DNA of 64,000 nt from Enoplolaimus lenunculus (Eukaryota): the NCBI GenBank assembly GCA_030248215.1, contig JASANG010000611.1, positions 496,001-560,000 on the forward strand. Direction: 5' to 3'. A program made the translations under genes and the position numbers. This document shows, piece by piece, positions 41,529 through 53,792 of this stretch. The notes beneath the pieces were generated by a model. It saw nothing but the letters and a program-made list of their open reading frames with translations, ran no database searches and was not told where the DNA came from. The first letter of the stretch is position 1, and each line of letters opens with the position of its first letter.

Positions 41529-42452
41529 TTTTTCACAGAAGATGATTTTAGTACAGTTCTGTGTAAAACTGACCGGCGAGTCTCTTTTTAATGGGGGTCA
41601 TTTTTGACACGACGGTACCGTGAAAATAGGACCACCCCCGTGAAATTATGCCTGGCGGTCATTTTTGGGGGTTATTTTTTCATGCGACACCGGAACCAGA
41701 TTTTCCATAGTGCCTTTTATTTCACGAAGCGGAACGCTTTATTTTTAACACGGAAAGTGGGAGCAAGTGTAAAACCAACTGATACGTTTTAATTTGTAAA
41801 CGATTATTTTGAGCTAAAAAATATAACTATTTAGGGGTTTCACGTGTTGAGATGGTGATTTTTCACGTGCTTTAAATGGTTGAAATGTAAAATTGCTGTT
41901 TTGAAATGTTGAAACGGTAGTGTAGCACATAATAATATATGCGATTTGCGAAGAAGTTTGAAAATCCTTGACACAACTCGCAAGAATGTACTTTGCGTGC
42001 GGTGAATAACGGTTATTGGTATTTTAAAATAGGCCAAGTCGACGAGTTATCAGTGGCGACTCTGGCGACTTGTGAAATAATTGAATTAATTTGGCTCTTG
42101 TGCAATTTTCCCGTGAGTTTTCGACAGTTTTAGATTTTTGACATAATTTAGGCAGTTTCTTTCTAGTTTAGCATTAGGGACCTAAGGCCCGGGAGGATGA
42201 GGTGGAGAGTTGTGCAAGTTGCCATAATTTTTGACAAGAGGCGATTTGATGAAATTTTGAGTTAATTATTGAATCTTTCGAGCGGCAATTGTATTTTATG
42301 TTAATATGTCCATTTTAGAGTATATTTGCATTAATCCTTTAGCACAAAATTAAGCACTAGGGCAGCTCAAATACAGAGTATATACTATATATACACTTTA
42401 TACATATGCGATAACAACAGCTACATCCGTATATTTATTTCCATACTCAAAC

Positions 42453-45400
42453 ATGGAATCCCCGTCGCCAGACGGCGCCTGTGATGTTTGTTGGCCGACA
42501 ACATCGTTTTCATCCACCGGCTCATCGTCAAATCAAGTCGCGTTTCGCAGCGAACACGCAGCGATCGCGTACGACTATTTGAATAACTCGCACGCGTCGC
42601 TTGCGTCGTTCTGCGACACTGTGGTCGCGATTGGCGAATGCTTGCGAACACGCGACACAGCGTCACTGATCGATTGGACGCGGCTGTTCACGGCGTCCGA
42701 TGATGCGATCGTTGCGTTCCGTCGCGTCGTTGATCATTTTGTCGACGTCGACCTGGAGCGATACGTCGTCGCATCGCGGCGACAACGTTGCGATGACAGG
42801 TCATCGTCGACAAATAGTTGCGATCGCCGTCCAACTGGTGATAGTGGCGTTGAAACTGGTGATAGTGGCGTTGATGACGAAAGTATCGGTAGAAATCAAA
42901 AATGTTCCAGCAATATATGGTCATCACCAGGCGCGGAATGGAACTCAGGTGGCGTATACGCGTTGCTGAGGCAACTCGCAGTCGCGTGTACGTTCCAGTT
43001 AGAGTTGTGGCGGTTTGTGGTGTTGGTCGTGGTGCCACAAAAAGAAATTGTCGACATGGTAACTGGGAAGTCGCGAATTGCGTTTGCTGAACGTTTGGCG
43101 TATAATCGGTGAGATGTTGTAAGGTTAGGCGCGGTGCGCAGTCTAGACACTGTCGGTGGTATATATATGTACATTAGATAATTGAGCTAGAATATCGAAT
43201 AAAACGAAAGATAATATGAATTAGTTGGCAGTGATATTGGAAAATACATATTTTTTTCAACATCATGATACGATGAGTTGTAATAAACTGTTTTTCACCA
43301 AGTATACGGAGTAATTAAAACATTTACGTACCTAATATTGTGATATACTTACCTACTGAAACTGAAAGGTTACGATTCTTGTTAGATTTTGGGATATATA
43401 GCTGTTTTTGCACCCAGGGCAATATACCTCACATTATATACGTATTTGAAATTCGTTTGGTTCGAAGTGCACAACGGGGTATATACTTATAGTATACAGA
43501 AGATATTGTTTTCTGAATTATTGGAGGAATTCTTAACGTAGCCAGTGAGCCACTATTACATACAGGTAAAATACAGACGAAGACGTTGCCAGCAAAGTGA
43601 GCAAGAAGCCAGACGCAAATATATATATTATTAAAACTAGAACGCCCCACATACGTATTTTGAGCATCGTTCCAACTGACTTTTAGATATGCAAATTAAA
43701 TATAGATTTGTATGTCCTTGAAGGTTGGTTATGTGCGCAACTCCGGATTGCTTGTATAGTATTAAATCCGAAAACAAAATTTCAGCGTACTTACCTACTG
43801 AAACTGAAAGGTTACGATTCTTGTTAGATTTTGGGATATATAGCTGTTTTTGCACCCAGGGCAATATACCTCACATTATATACGTATTTGAAATTCGTTT
43901 GGTTCGAAGTGCACAACGGGGTATATACTTATAGTATACAGAAGATATTGTTTTCTGAATTATTGGAGGAATTCTTAACGTAGCCAGTGAGCCACTATTA
44001 CATACAGGTAAAATACAGACGAAGACGTTGCCAGCAAAGTGAGCAAGAAGCCAGACGCAAATATATATATTATTAAAACTAGAACGCCCCACATACGTAT
44101 TTTGAGCATCGTTCCAACTGACTTTTAGATATGCAAATTAAATATAGATTTGTATGTCCTTGAAGGTTGGTTATGTGCGCAACTCCGGATTGCTTGTATA
44201 GTATTAAATCCGAAAACAAAATTTCAGCGTATTTGGATACGGTGCTGAATCCGATTCCAAGATTATTCTTTAAACCTGCCCGGCCTTTCGTATTAGTGAG
44301 CTTAAATCCAACCACATTTTTTATGTTTAACCCTTTCTCACATAAAGGTTTTCAATTTCATATGAGATGTAATTTCCAGGTAAGATTCGATCCCCAGTCT
44401 CACGGGTGGGAGGCGTTTACGATGATCACTAAGCTATAGGAGCTTGACGCTCGAGCCCGAGGGGGATCTGACGTCTTGTGGAGATTTTGCACTGCGCATA
44501 TGTTAGAATTGTTGAACACTGCTCACAGTGTCTATTTCTCGTATATTATTTGTATGTTAGGCTCTCATAGTATATATACTCTATGAGTGAGAGGACTAAC
44601 TTTGTCAAAAGGGTCCATTTTTTAATCCAATAGGGTTTCGAAAATATTTTACGCATATTGTGCAATCAGGCTTGCCCCCGCCGGGAGCTCGGGGTTCGTT
44701 AAGCATGGCCTTGTTGGATTGGCTACATTCCATATTGTCCGCTACTGATTTCAGAAAAAACGTCAAATTTATTCAATCGTCTGCATGCAACAAAAACAAC
44801 AACAACAACAACAACAACAACATTAGCACACATAAACATGACTCAAGCTGTGATATTTATTTGTCATGCAACTCTTCTGATGTTACCAATAGTGTTGTGG
44901 AACGAGTTGAATATGTGTTGTATCCGTATTTGTCGCGAACCTCGTCTGCAAGTCATCGTGTGTTACTTGATTATTATCGATCTGATCCAGAAAATGCGGA
45001 TACTTTGACAACAGGTCAGACGCGTAGCCAGCTCAATCTGCAAGGTGATGGCGCAAGACGATTTTTGAAGGAGCACACTGCCTAATATAAGTTTATTTTG
45101 ACAACGACCCCATACTAGACCAGTTTATACTGTAAGACATTTCGAGGTGTTTTCGGTTACTTCCCCCCAGCTTGCATTCACCCAAAACTGGTCGGATTCC
45201 GCAAAATTTTTGACTGTTTGAGCTTCTAGTTTGCTAAAAATTGTATTTTTAAGCTCTCAATCTCCCCCTTGAGACCGAAATGATTTTACTATAAGATTTG
45301 GTAGGCGCCGATGACAGAGATACGACGAACAGCGCATACGCGTCGCAAGATACATTTTTGCTTTTCAGACAAGCTGTCATGGAAACATTACGAACACACA

Positions 45401-48400
45401 TTCGATCGAACACCGGCTGAAAATAGTCAATATATTAATGTTTTCGATTTACACAACGACGCAACAAAAGTTGGTGGTTTCGAAAAACTTCCGAAAATGT
45501 TTGCACGAATATTAGGAACTGTTGTTGGTGATATGGCCGAAAATGACAAAGGTATCATGTTAGGTTAATAGGAAAAATTACTTTTAAATTCGTCTTGAAA
45601 ACCAAATTTCTTTTAAAAATCATCCGCTAAAATATATACGTCGCTGTCGTGAGCACATTTTTGTCTCCAGTTCGTTCGCTAAAGGCCAAATTCGAATAAT
45701 TGGTTAGGCTAAACTAGCACTTTGTTTTGTACATTATTTCACTAATCATTCGGGTTTTGACGTCCGGCGCCGTCCGTCACCGTGCGTCACCATACGTTGT
45801 CGTACGTGAGTTATTTCCGTACGATACCGCGCGGGCGACGGACGGCGCCGTACGTCAACAAAAGTATAGCGCAACCCAGGGTTGCTAAAAGTGTTTGTAG
45901 TGAGAGGAATTTAACGTTTATAATTCTTCAAAAACAGATAAATGAATAGCTAGCTAATACAGTTTGAATTAGAGCTTTTTAAGTCAATTCACTGATTACC
46001 AGGGTTATATGCAGCTATTTCATTTCAACACTAAAGGATTTTGGGTGCGATGAATCTATTAATTAATATTCAGTTATTAACTAGTTTGCATCTATGGTTT
46101 GATGGCATGACAACTTTAAATATAGCGTTTGAAAATTGGAACACTTTCAAAATAGTTAGCTGCTCGATAATTAGTATGTTAGGTGTGAGATCTGTGACAG
46201 TAAAGCTATTATCTCACATGTAAAGGTATTTACGCGTGGGGAATATAAACAGTAAGCATGTCCGAGTTTCGCTCAAACCAGCTAGTTTCGCTACAACTGG
46301 TATAATGAATCGAAAATACTAAAGCTTTTAATAGCTTTCATATAAAAAGCAAGGTCCATGTTACTTTAAGGGGCGTCCAGGTTTCCGATGGGTCCATAAA
46401 AGAGTAGGTTTAGAGAATACGCTTAATCTACTGTTACGCCAATTTAACATTAGGCTTAGGTTAGGCTTAGGCTTAGGCCAAAAGCAATTACAAAGTTCGT
46501 TAATCGCATTGGAAGATAAGATTTGTTATTCCTGTGTTGCGTTACTACTTCGCAGGTACTGATGCCATATCGCTGGACAATACTGTTGACTTTACCACTC
46601 CGCCTTCTGATGCTGACACCTGGCTGGTATTCTTAGAATACAGTTACGATGTTGCTGTTGCTGTTTTGCGTACTTCTCGTGCGGAAGACGAACTCTGGAT
46701 TATTGATCCGATTTTGCTGTATGTTGGTTTGTTCATTCGAACACTTCGGCCACGTTCCGTTGTTAATCTTTATCTTTGTAAACCCCTATTCTACGATGTC
46801 ATTCGAACCTTACCGGCCTCAGCAGAAGACCTGCTCAGTAGTGCCGTGAAAGCTCAAACTCAGCCTTCTCTAGGCTCAGATGCTCCTGAAAGCATCGTCC
46901 AACCTGAGTCTGGAAGTTTGCCTACCACGGAAGCGCATCCGAATGGCGGTGAAGCTGGGGTTCCGAGCAGTCTTGTTGTACAACCACTATTCGCAATGGA
47001 TTTAATTGTTGCACCAAGTGATTGCGATTGCAAACGTGTTGTTGACGCTATGCAACTCGACAGTTGTAGCAAAGACGCAACACTGACCCCATCTGTAGCC
47101 ACTTCGGTACGTCGCGTTGCGGGTATGTGGAGCGTTATTCATGGAGAACATCGGGTTGTGGTTGCCACTATCGAAAGAGTGTGTTTGGCTGCTATTCAGG
47201 ACGGTGTGTGTAGAGAAATTAGTACAGCAGGTTCACCTACGAGAGAAATCTATACGGCAGGGGTAACTGCGATTTCGGATCCTATGGTAAATATACCGGT
47301 GGATGATTCGGTTTCGCCAAGAGTGGCTTGTGTTTCTGAACGAATATTATCGACGTTCGTACGGATACAAGCTGAGAAACGACGCCGCGAGATAGCGCGG
47401 GCTAACGGGTTGAGATTGCCGAAGTTGAAGAGCGCAGCGCTAATTTTGTGCAAGCTAATCACAGAGCCGCTGCCAAACCGTAGTTCTGGTTGTGGTGAGA
47501 TTGGCGACAGGGCATTGATTGAAAATTCTTCGTCAGAATCGGAATCAGTAGCTGTAATTGTGGAGTCGTTGTTTAAAATGATTGCCCGGTATTTTGAACA
47601 TTATCCACAACGCAACGGGTTAGATACGTTTGTGATTAATACAGGTGATGGTTTTGGGATATTGTCTAGTTGTTGTGCAATGATAAAAGAGAAACTGAAC
47701 GAACAAACGAATCTGCTGGGAGTTCCTAGTAGCGTAGAGAAGTCGTACGTGAAGCAGATGCGTCCAAGAGTAGTTTGCAATTCAGGCAAAGGAGATACAA
47801 ACATTTTGGCTAAGCTGGATGATAATAGCGGTCAAATTGCTAACGGGTATATTAAAGATGTCGGACTCAGAGGTGTACAGCTTCAGATATGTTCTGATAC
47901 GGATGTCTATGACCCAGACGGCGTACCTTGTGATAAATCAATGTTTAGTAGACCATTGAAATTTAACTGTCTACTTGATCAACCGGTGATTGGGTATATT
48001 CTTTTGATTTGTGATAACAAAATTGAATATAGGCGTGGCTTGAGAGAACAAACTCAAAACAATCAAAACCTCTCGTGTAAACCTTGTTCGGCAGAGATAA
48101 ACGTAGATCAGTTATGCGCTGATATCTTTAACTCTGTCGTCAGTACAACTTGTCACCAAAAATCATTAGTTCCGGAAACACTTGCTGTTGAAAATAACGC
48201 ACTGAATAAGAGTTCAACTGTAACCTGGACTAGGAGCGAAACTGTTCAACCGCGTAGCTCATTAAATGCAAACACAACTGCGAAAGTTCAAACGCTCGAT
48301 TTGCCTTCCGATTCAACCCAGGACTGCAACCAGTACGTGTTGCCCGTTCTCAACGGCAATATTGCCGCAATTCAGTTGAATGCAGCCCTTGAGTATGCGC

Positions 48401-50987
48401 CACGCGCAGTTGCAATCGCTGCAGAAGGTGTTCGAAGCTTGGAACGGTTTCGTGAAACGCTGTTTGTTGCCCGTCGACTTCGGCGAGACGTTGTCCGAAG
48501 AATACTGGCCAATGCACCTTTGATGCGAAAATCATTGGTTATGCTTGAAACGATTCTTGGTGTGCTTGAAGATAATCTTGATCAGGTATGAGTTGAAAGT
48601 CACAGTGCGTGTGTGTGTGTGAACACATTGTAACGAAAAAGCTTCAGTGTCGCTCAGCTGCTGACGCCAAAACACTTTGATGTGTTTATCATCCAACACC
48701 ATAAAAGTCATAGTGATCCTTGTTCAGTGAAATAGAAAATAATCTTGATAATAAAGTACAAAAAAGTTTTGAATTTTTAGTTCACTAAAGCACTTTTGTA
48801 TGGAGTATGCTGGTAATTTTCTAAACTCTAGTACGATGATGCCGGCCAGTGTACAGAAATGTTAGTGGCGCAGCTAGCGTTTCATTTATAGAAAATATAT
48901 TAGACGACCGTTGTGTTAACCCTCTAGAATGCACAAGGTTATTATTGTAAAACCTTTTTAAAGTTTTTTTGTTGCCTGTGCAAGAATTTAATGAAAGCAG
49001 AAATACATTTTATCTACCCCCCTTGTGTACGTCGCTGTGCACAGCTGCTTGTACTGTACAGCACATATGCTGGATTTTGTATATTTTGTTTGATTTTAGA
49101 CAACATATCGACGATCAATGTCTACAGCGAGTGAATCGGCAACAAAAGACATATCTGAGCAACGAGTACAACCATTACCGGACTCGCCTAAAGACACGTT
49201 AAATTTATGCATCAAAGATGAAATCTTGAACCTCCGCAAAGACGTCGTGTTCATCCGCGGCTACATTGAGGGTCGGCCGTTCAACGCTTTCAAGGCCGAC
49301 TTGTTTGCGTATTGTCCGCCTTCGTTCTCGGCCCGAGAGCTTGAAGCGGCCGTTGGCCTTTTGTCGCGAGCGGTCTCTTATGGCGGCATCAACGTCCTAT
49401 TGACCGATTGGGATGGAACAATGAAAACGTACGGCTCAAATTATAGCACTTGCTATCAACCATGCTATTCGGCAGTTGTGTTGTGCCGATTTCTCGCTCG
49501 CTATACGCGGTTTGCAGCCATTTTGACCGCAGGTCCACTGTACGGCCCGGGTATTTGTGATTTGACGTGTACACCAGACGATTGTGTGACATTCGGCGGA
49601 TCGTGGGGTCAAGAATGGTTGATCGACGGAACACATATCATCAATTTGAAGTCACTTTCAACGAAACAACGTGCCGCACTGGATGAGCTCGTCGCTGCTG
49701 TGTCCCGGCTGATTGATTCACCCCGGTTCTCGGCTTACCGCTTAATTGGATCCGGCGTTCAGCGAAAAGTTGACCGCATCAATATTGGACTCCAGAACGT
49801 TTCTCACGACGCTGCTGAGACTGAATCTGCGGCACTGGTTGATGCTTTGCGAGCTGAAGTTGCACGGATCGATCCGACTGGCAAGTATTTTGTCATTCAT
49901 GCAACTGAAATGGATCTTGAAATTGTTCTCAGGTCGACAAGCAATGCGGCGACGCCAACTAGTCCTGGCAGCACATCCCCGCCAAGTCCGAGCTCGACAA
50001 CGGTAGCTGCGTTTACGAAAGCCGACGGCGCGAATGTTGGAATGCGGGTAGCGCGAGAGCGGTAAGTGTACTGCGCCTAATAATGAGCTGCTTAGTGGTC
50101 GGGTTAAGGGGTGGCGGCAGGGCGGCAGCCATCTTGCTTGAAAAGTAATATGTGCCCATAATACACCACTCTTAAAGTGTGGGGAAAACAATTTGTGGGT
50201 CAATTAAACAAGTACCAACATTTGTTTAATGTTGTTGGAAATTTCAGCTGTTCGTCAACAAGCTCAGATTGAGCCGAAATGCTCAGTGGATTAACGTTGA
50301 AATTACTTTTATGCCAATCCATAATCTAATCAGTTAACATATTTCAGCTTTTAACGAATTCCATGTCCACCATAGCGTGTGGCTCTAGTATCGGGACCCG
50401 GAAAATGTGTCTTAAACAAGGAAAGTTGACTGTTGTTAGTTGTACGTATGTTTACTTAAATAAGGAAACTATAGGCAACAGTGTGTATTATCTTCAAGGC
50501 AGTATCATTTTTTTATTTCTTATTTAATTTTAGTTTGGAAACGGGTAACGTACTGGTTTGTGGCGATACAATGTCCGATATTCCAATGATCGAAGAAGCT
50601 TTGCGTCGCAACCCTCGTGGAACATACGCGATTATGGTCAATCCAACGCCTGCGATACGGCAACGGATGGCAAAAATATTCGCTCAACTAAAATCACCGC
50701 CAACCGTCAAAAGAGATGTCAAACAACATCATGATCAACAGCAACAAACACAACAAGAGCAGCAGCAACAACAACAACGACAACAACAACAACAACAACA
50801 ACAACAAAAACAACAACCACCACTTCAACATCGGCAGCAACAAAAACGCTCACAGCATCATGATCCGAGTTCTCAACAGTACTGTTTTGTATCAAGTCCA
50901 GAAGTTTTACATTTGGCAATGGCTGAATTAATACAAAGGCCTATTACACTGAATGGAGCGGGGACAGGATATACCACTGCAGGTTGA
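42453..50987 (+). CDS. gob-1: Trehalose-6-phosphate phosphatase (GOB-1-like HAD domain) with a long N-terminal degenerate TPS/GT20-like region, 6 exons, ~1515-1525 aa
   Basis: Exons 42453-43108, 44755-45014 (or 45044), 45369-45551, 46556-48585, 49100-50061, 50534-50987 are phase-consistent. HAD motifs LLTDWDGTMK, ILTAGPL, GSWGQEW, GSGVQRKVDR, FTKADG, VCGDTMSDIPM, CFVSSPEVLH are typical of nematode T6PP. Linkage of exons 1-3 is less certain than exons 4-6. Confidence 0.8.
43346..44231. repeat. Apparently perfect 442-bp tandem duplication in intron 1 of the T6PP gene
   Basis: Units start at 43346 and 43788; the ORF track shows identical spurious ORFs 442 bp apart. Confidence 0.95.
46353..46480 (+). 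mobile_element. Internally deleted copy of the TTAGGC-MITE
   Basis: GGTCCATGTTACTTTAAGGGGCGTCCAGG..GAATACGCTTAATCTACTGTTACGCC then TTAGGC repeats. Confidence 0.7.
49100..50061 (+). CDS. gob-1: T6PP catalytic exon (DxDGT motif I through the motif III Lys)
   Basis: ORF 49118-50065; TTTTAG acceptor, GTAAGT donor. Confidence 0.92.
50720..50845 (+). repeat. Coding CAA/CAG repeat (polyglutamine-rich insert)
   Basis: (CAA)n-rich tract in the last T6PP exon. Confidence 0.9.
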
Positions 50988-51766
50988 CACTGTGTTATGA
51001 TTAGGTATTATACTTTTTTGGGATTGGTAAATTTTTAGTTGGGGAAATGCAATTTAAAACAAACCACGGATATGCCATTATATTCATTGTGACTTAGTCG
51101 AGTTGTCGATATGGAATTGAGGAGTTGGAATCAAACACGAAAAACTTTAAGCTAAACACTACGTATTTAAAATACCCTACTGCTTAAGCTTTGGTCGGCG
51201 GGTTTGTGTGTTGTTTCTGTTTTATGGATAAATTAGTTGACAAAGTTAACGGGTAAATGCTCAGTAACCCTTCCGTGTATTCGTTATTTACCCGAACTTG
51301 CTGTTGCCTTTAGATTCGTACCATCATCATAAACTACTGTTTGTTTACTAGCGTCGTCGTTAATTGATTGAGTCAGCGGTATTTTAATCTGTTGCCCGGT
51401 GATATTTTAAAAGTGAAACTCGTGGAAACTGGTTTATTCGGGTAATAACAGGGGCGGATTTGGAAATAATGTGCGGAAAGTTCATTGGTTGCGATTTATA
51501 GTATACAATGGATGGAAATTCTGTAAATATTGGATATGGTGGATGTAAAGTTTTCACGCTAGAACGATACGAATAGGTGTAGACGGGAATCCAAGAACAC
51601 TAGCTGGATCCGTCGCTGATTAATTAACAAACAAACTCTTAGTGGGATCAAGTGTGAATGATGTTTGTAAACGAAAAATATACAAGTTTAAATACGTTTT
51701 GTGTATTATTTGTTTGTGCTGCGCCACAATATGTATGGCTGTTTGGTTCACCAGTTTTATGTTTTT

Positions 51767-51975
51767 TGTCAATGTTACTTTTAGGGGCGTAACAGTAGAT
51801 TAAGCGTATTTCTAAGCGTAAGCCTAAGCCTAAGCGTTACAAAAGTGTGTTCTTAAGCCTAAGTCTAAGCTTACGCCTTAGCATAAGCCTAAGCAAAAAA
51901 ATTGAATCTAGAATCTAAATTTACCCTTTTACAGACCCAACAGAAACCTGGACGCCCCTCAAAGTAACATGGGCC
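51767..51975 (-). mobile_element. Full-length inverted copy of the TTAGGC-MITE
   Basis: Reverse-complement match to 37044-37239, with GCCTAA repeats. Confidence 0.8.
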
Positions 51976-52752
51976 ATCCCTCTTGAGATTTCTGTAGAGA
52001 CAAGAAAAATCAATTTTACAAGCTTAAAATTCAACTCGTTCGCTACACTCGCCTTCAAAAAAACGTTTACACGAGGTTTTATACTGTCGCCAAAATCAAA
52101 TCAAGACTACATTGCTGCATGCATGTTGTGCCCAGTATGCGGCGTTGGCCACTTAAGTGGCGAAAGTTTTGTCAATATATCATTTTTCGGGAGACGTGTT
52201 TTGAATGATTAAAAGTGAGGTTACTATAAGGCAAATCGAAATTCATTGATTTTTACGCCGTAATTTAAATATTTTGCAGCATTTGTTTTGTTTTAGCACT
52301 ATAATGGTTGTTATTTTAAAACCAGCTTGTGACCAACAAGACGTGCCTTAGGCAACATATTAAAAGACAATCCAAAAATGTGATAACATCAGAAATATTA
52401 CTGTTTATGTGTCGCGTTCTTTGTTTTTTTGTTATCTATTTTTCTCGAAATTTGGCATGACTGTAACCGAGGTTTAATTTTGTTTGTTTGTCCTGAAATA
52501 TTTGTAATGTAATATTAATAAATATTTTGGTTTGGGCTCTTTCAATCCAAGTCTTGTTCCGTCCGGCGACGGTCACCTCATATTTCAATTAGAAGTACAG
52601 ACGTCTAGCTATACTAGAAATGTACAGGTACTTGAGCTAGATTTTGAATAAAAATGCTGGAAAACTATAGAAATAAAGTAGGGTTTTGGCAAATATCCCT
52701 AAGCTTAAACCATGATTATGTATAAACCTAACAGTTCTTGTACACTTCGTTC

Positions 52753-52885
52753 GGCCAATGTTACTTTAACGAGCGTAATAGTAGATTAAGCGTATTTCTA
52801 AGCCTAAGCCTTGTAATCTAGAATCTAAACCTACTCTATTATGGACCGATCAGAAACCTGGACACCCTTTAAAGTAACATGGGCC
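52753..52885 (-). mobile_element. Shortened inverted copy of the TTAGGC-MITE
   Basis: GGCCAATGTTACTTT...AAAGTAACATGGGCC. Confidence 0.75.
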
Positions 52886-53792
52886 CTTCTTTCGATAGTT
52901 TTCCAAATTTTCAGGTTTTGGCACAACTTAGGCTTAAATTTATTAGCTTGCGGGAGTAGTATACAAGGTCCAGCTTGAAAATTGGGCCGCACAAAACCTG
53001 TATGTTTTATTCAATTTTCTAGGTGACCTGCTTGCTATTTGCATTCTCCCTGTTGATACAACATAAAAGTGGTAGGTTGATTAAACGTTTACTGTATGTT
53101 TACTGTAGAAGAACAACAACAAATAGTAGTCGAATGAAGACAGTTTCAGTGCAACCAAATGTGCTTATACACAGTTCAACCAAAGCGAATGCTAAATATA
53201 TTTCTTTAAACGATTAGGTTTTATGTGAACCACAGTATAACAACTGCTAAAATTAGGTTTCAGTAAGAAAAAGCAACAGTTAGGTCATGTCAGCAATGAT
53301 GGAACGTTTCGCACATACGTTTGCACTTAAAAGTACCAAAACCAACACCAAAGTAACCCCCAAAAACACTAACTACTTCATCTATGGCTCCAACATAATA
53401 AGTCATTCAGATAATAAATATACCTTTGCTTCAAATGTCAGATATTTAACGAGGTTGTTGTACACTTTCACATTTAAAGGTTAGGCTCAGGTTGTAGAAA
53501 AATCGGTGCTATGCCTAAAGTTTTAAGCCTTTGTTCAAGCTTAAGCTTTGACCGCAAATGTGGAAAAAGTGTACAGTGCAAGAGCCAGCAGTAATTCTAT
53601 GTGACATTGCATACTTAACTTTGAATAAACTAAATTTGATTTTGCGCAGGGCTAAATTCAGACGAAATAAAACTGTGAAGTCTAAATAAATATATGTTAG
53701 GAGACTTGGCAGAAGTAGTAAGGTTTGCAAGTAAAGTTATGTGGCGATAGCTAAAAAATCTCTGGTTTAAAACATCAACTTCATAGCTGCTA

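Noticed and set aside
30153..42452. Many 60-126-aa ORFs in the intergenic region
   Set aside because: No recognisable domains, no transposase motifs, no consistent splice chain; mostly MITE sequence.
42688..43038. Antisense and alternate-frame ORFs over the GC-rich first T6PP exon
   Set aside because: Expected shadow ORFs of CG-rich coding sequence.
44670..44754. Alternative acceptor CAG|GC at 44669 for T6PP exon 2
   Set aside because: Phase 1, incompatible with the phase-2 donor at 43109; TTTCAG at 44754 fits.
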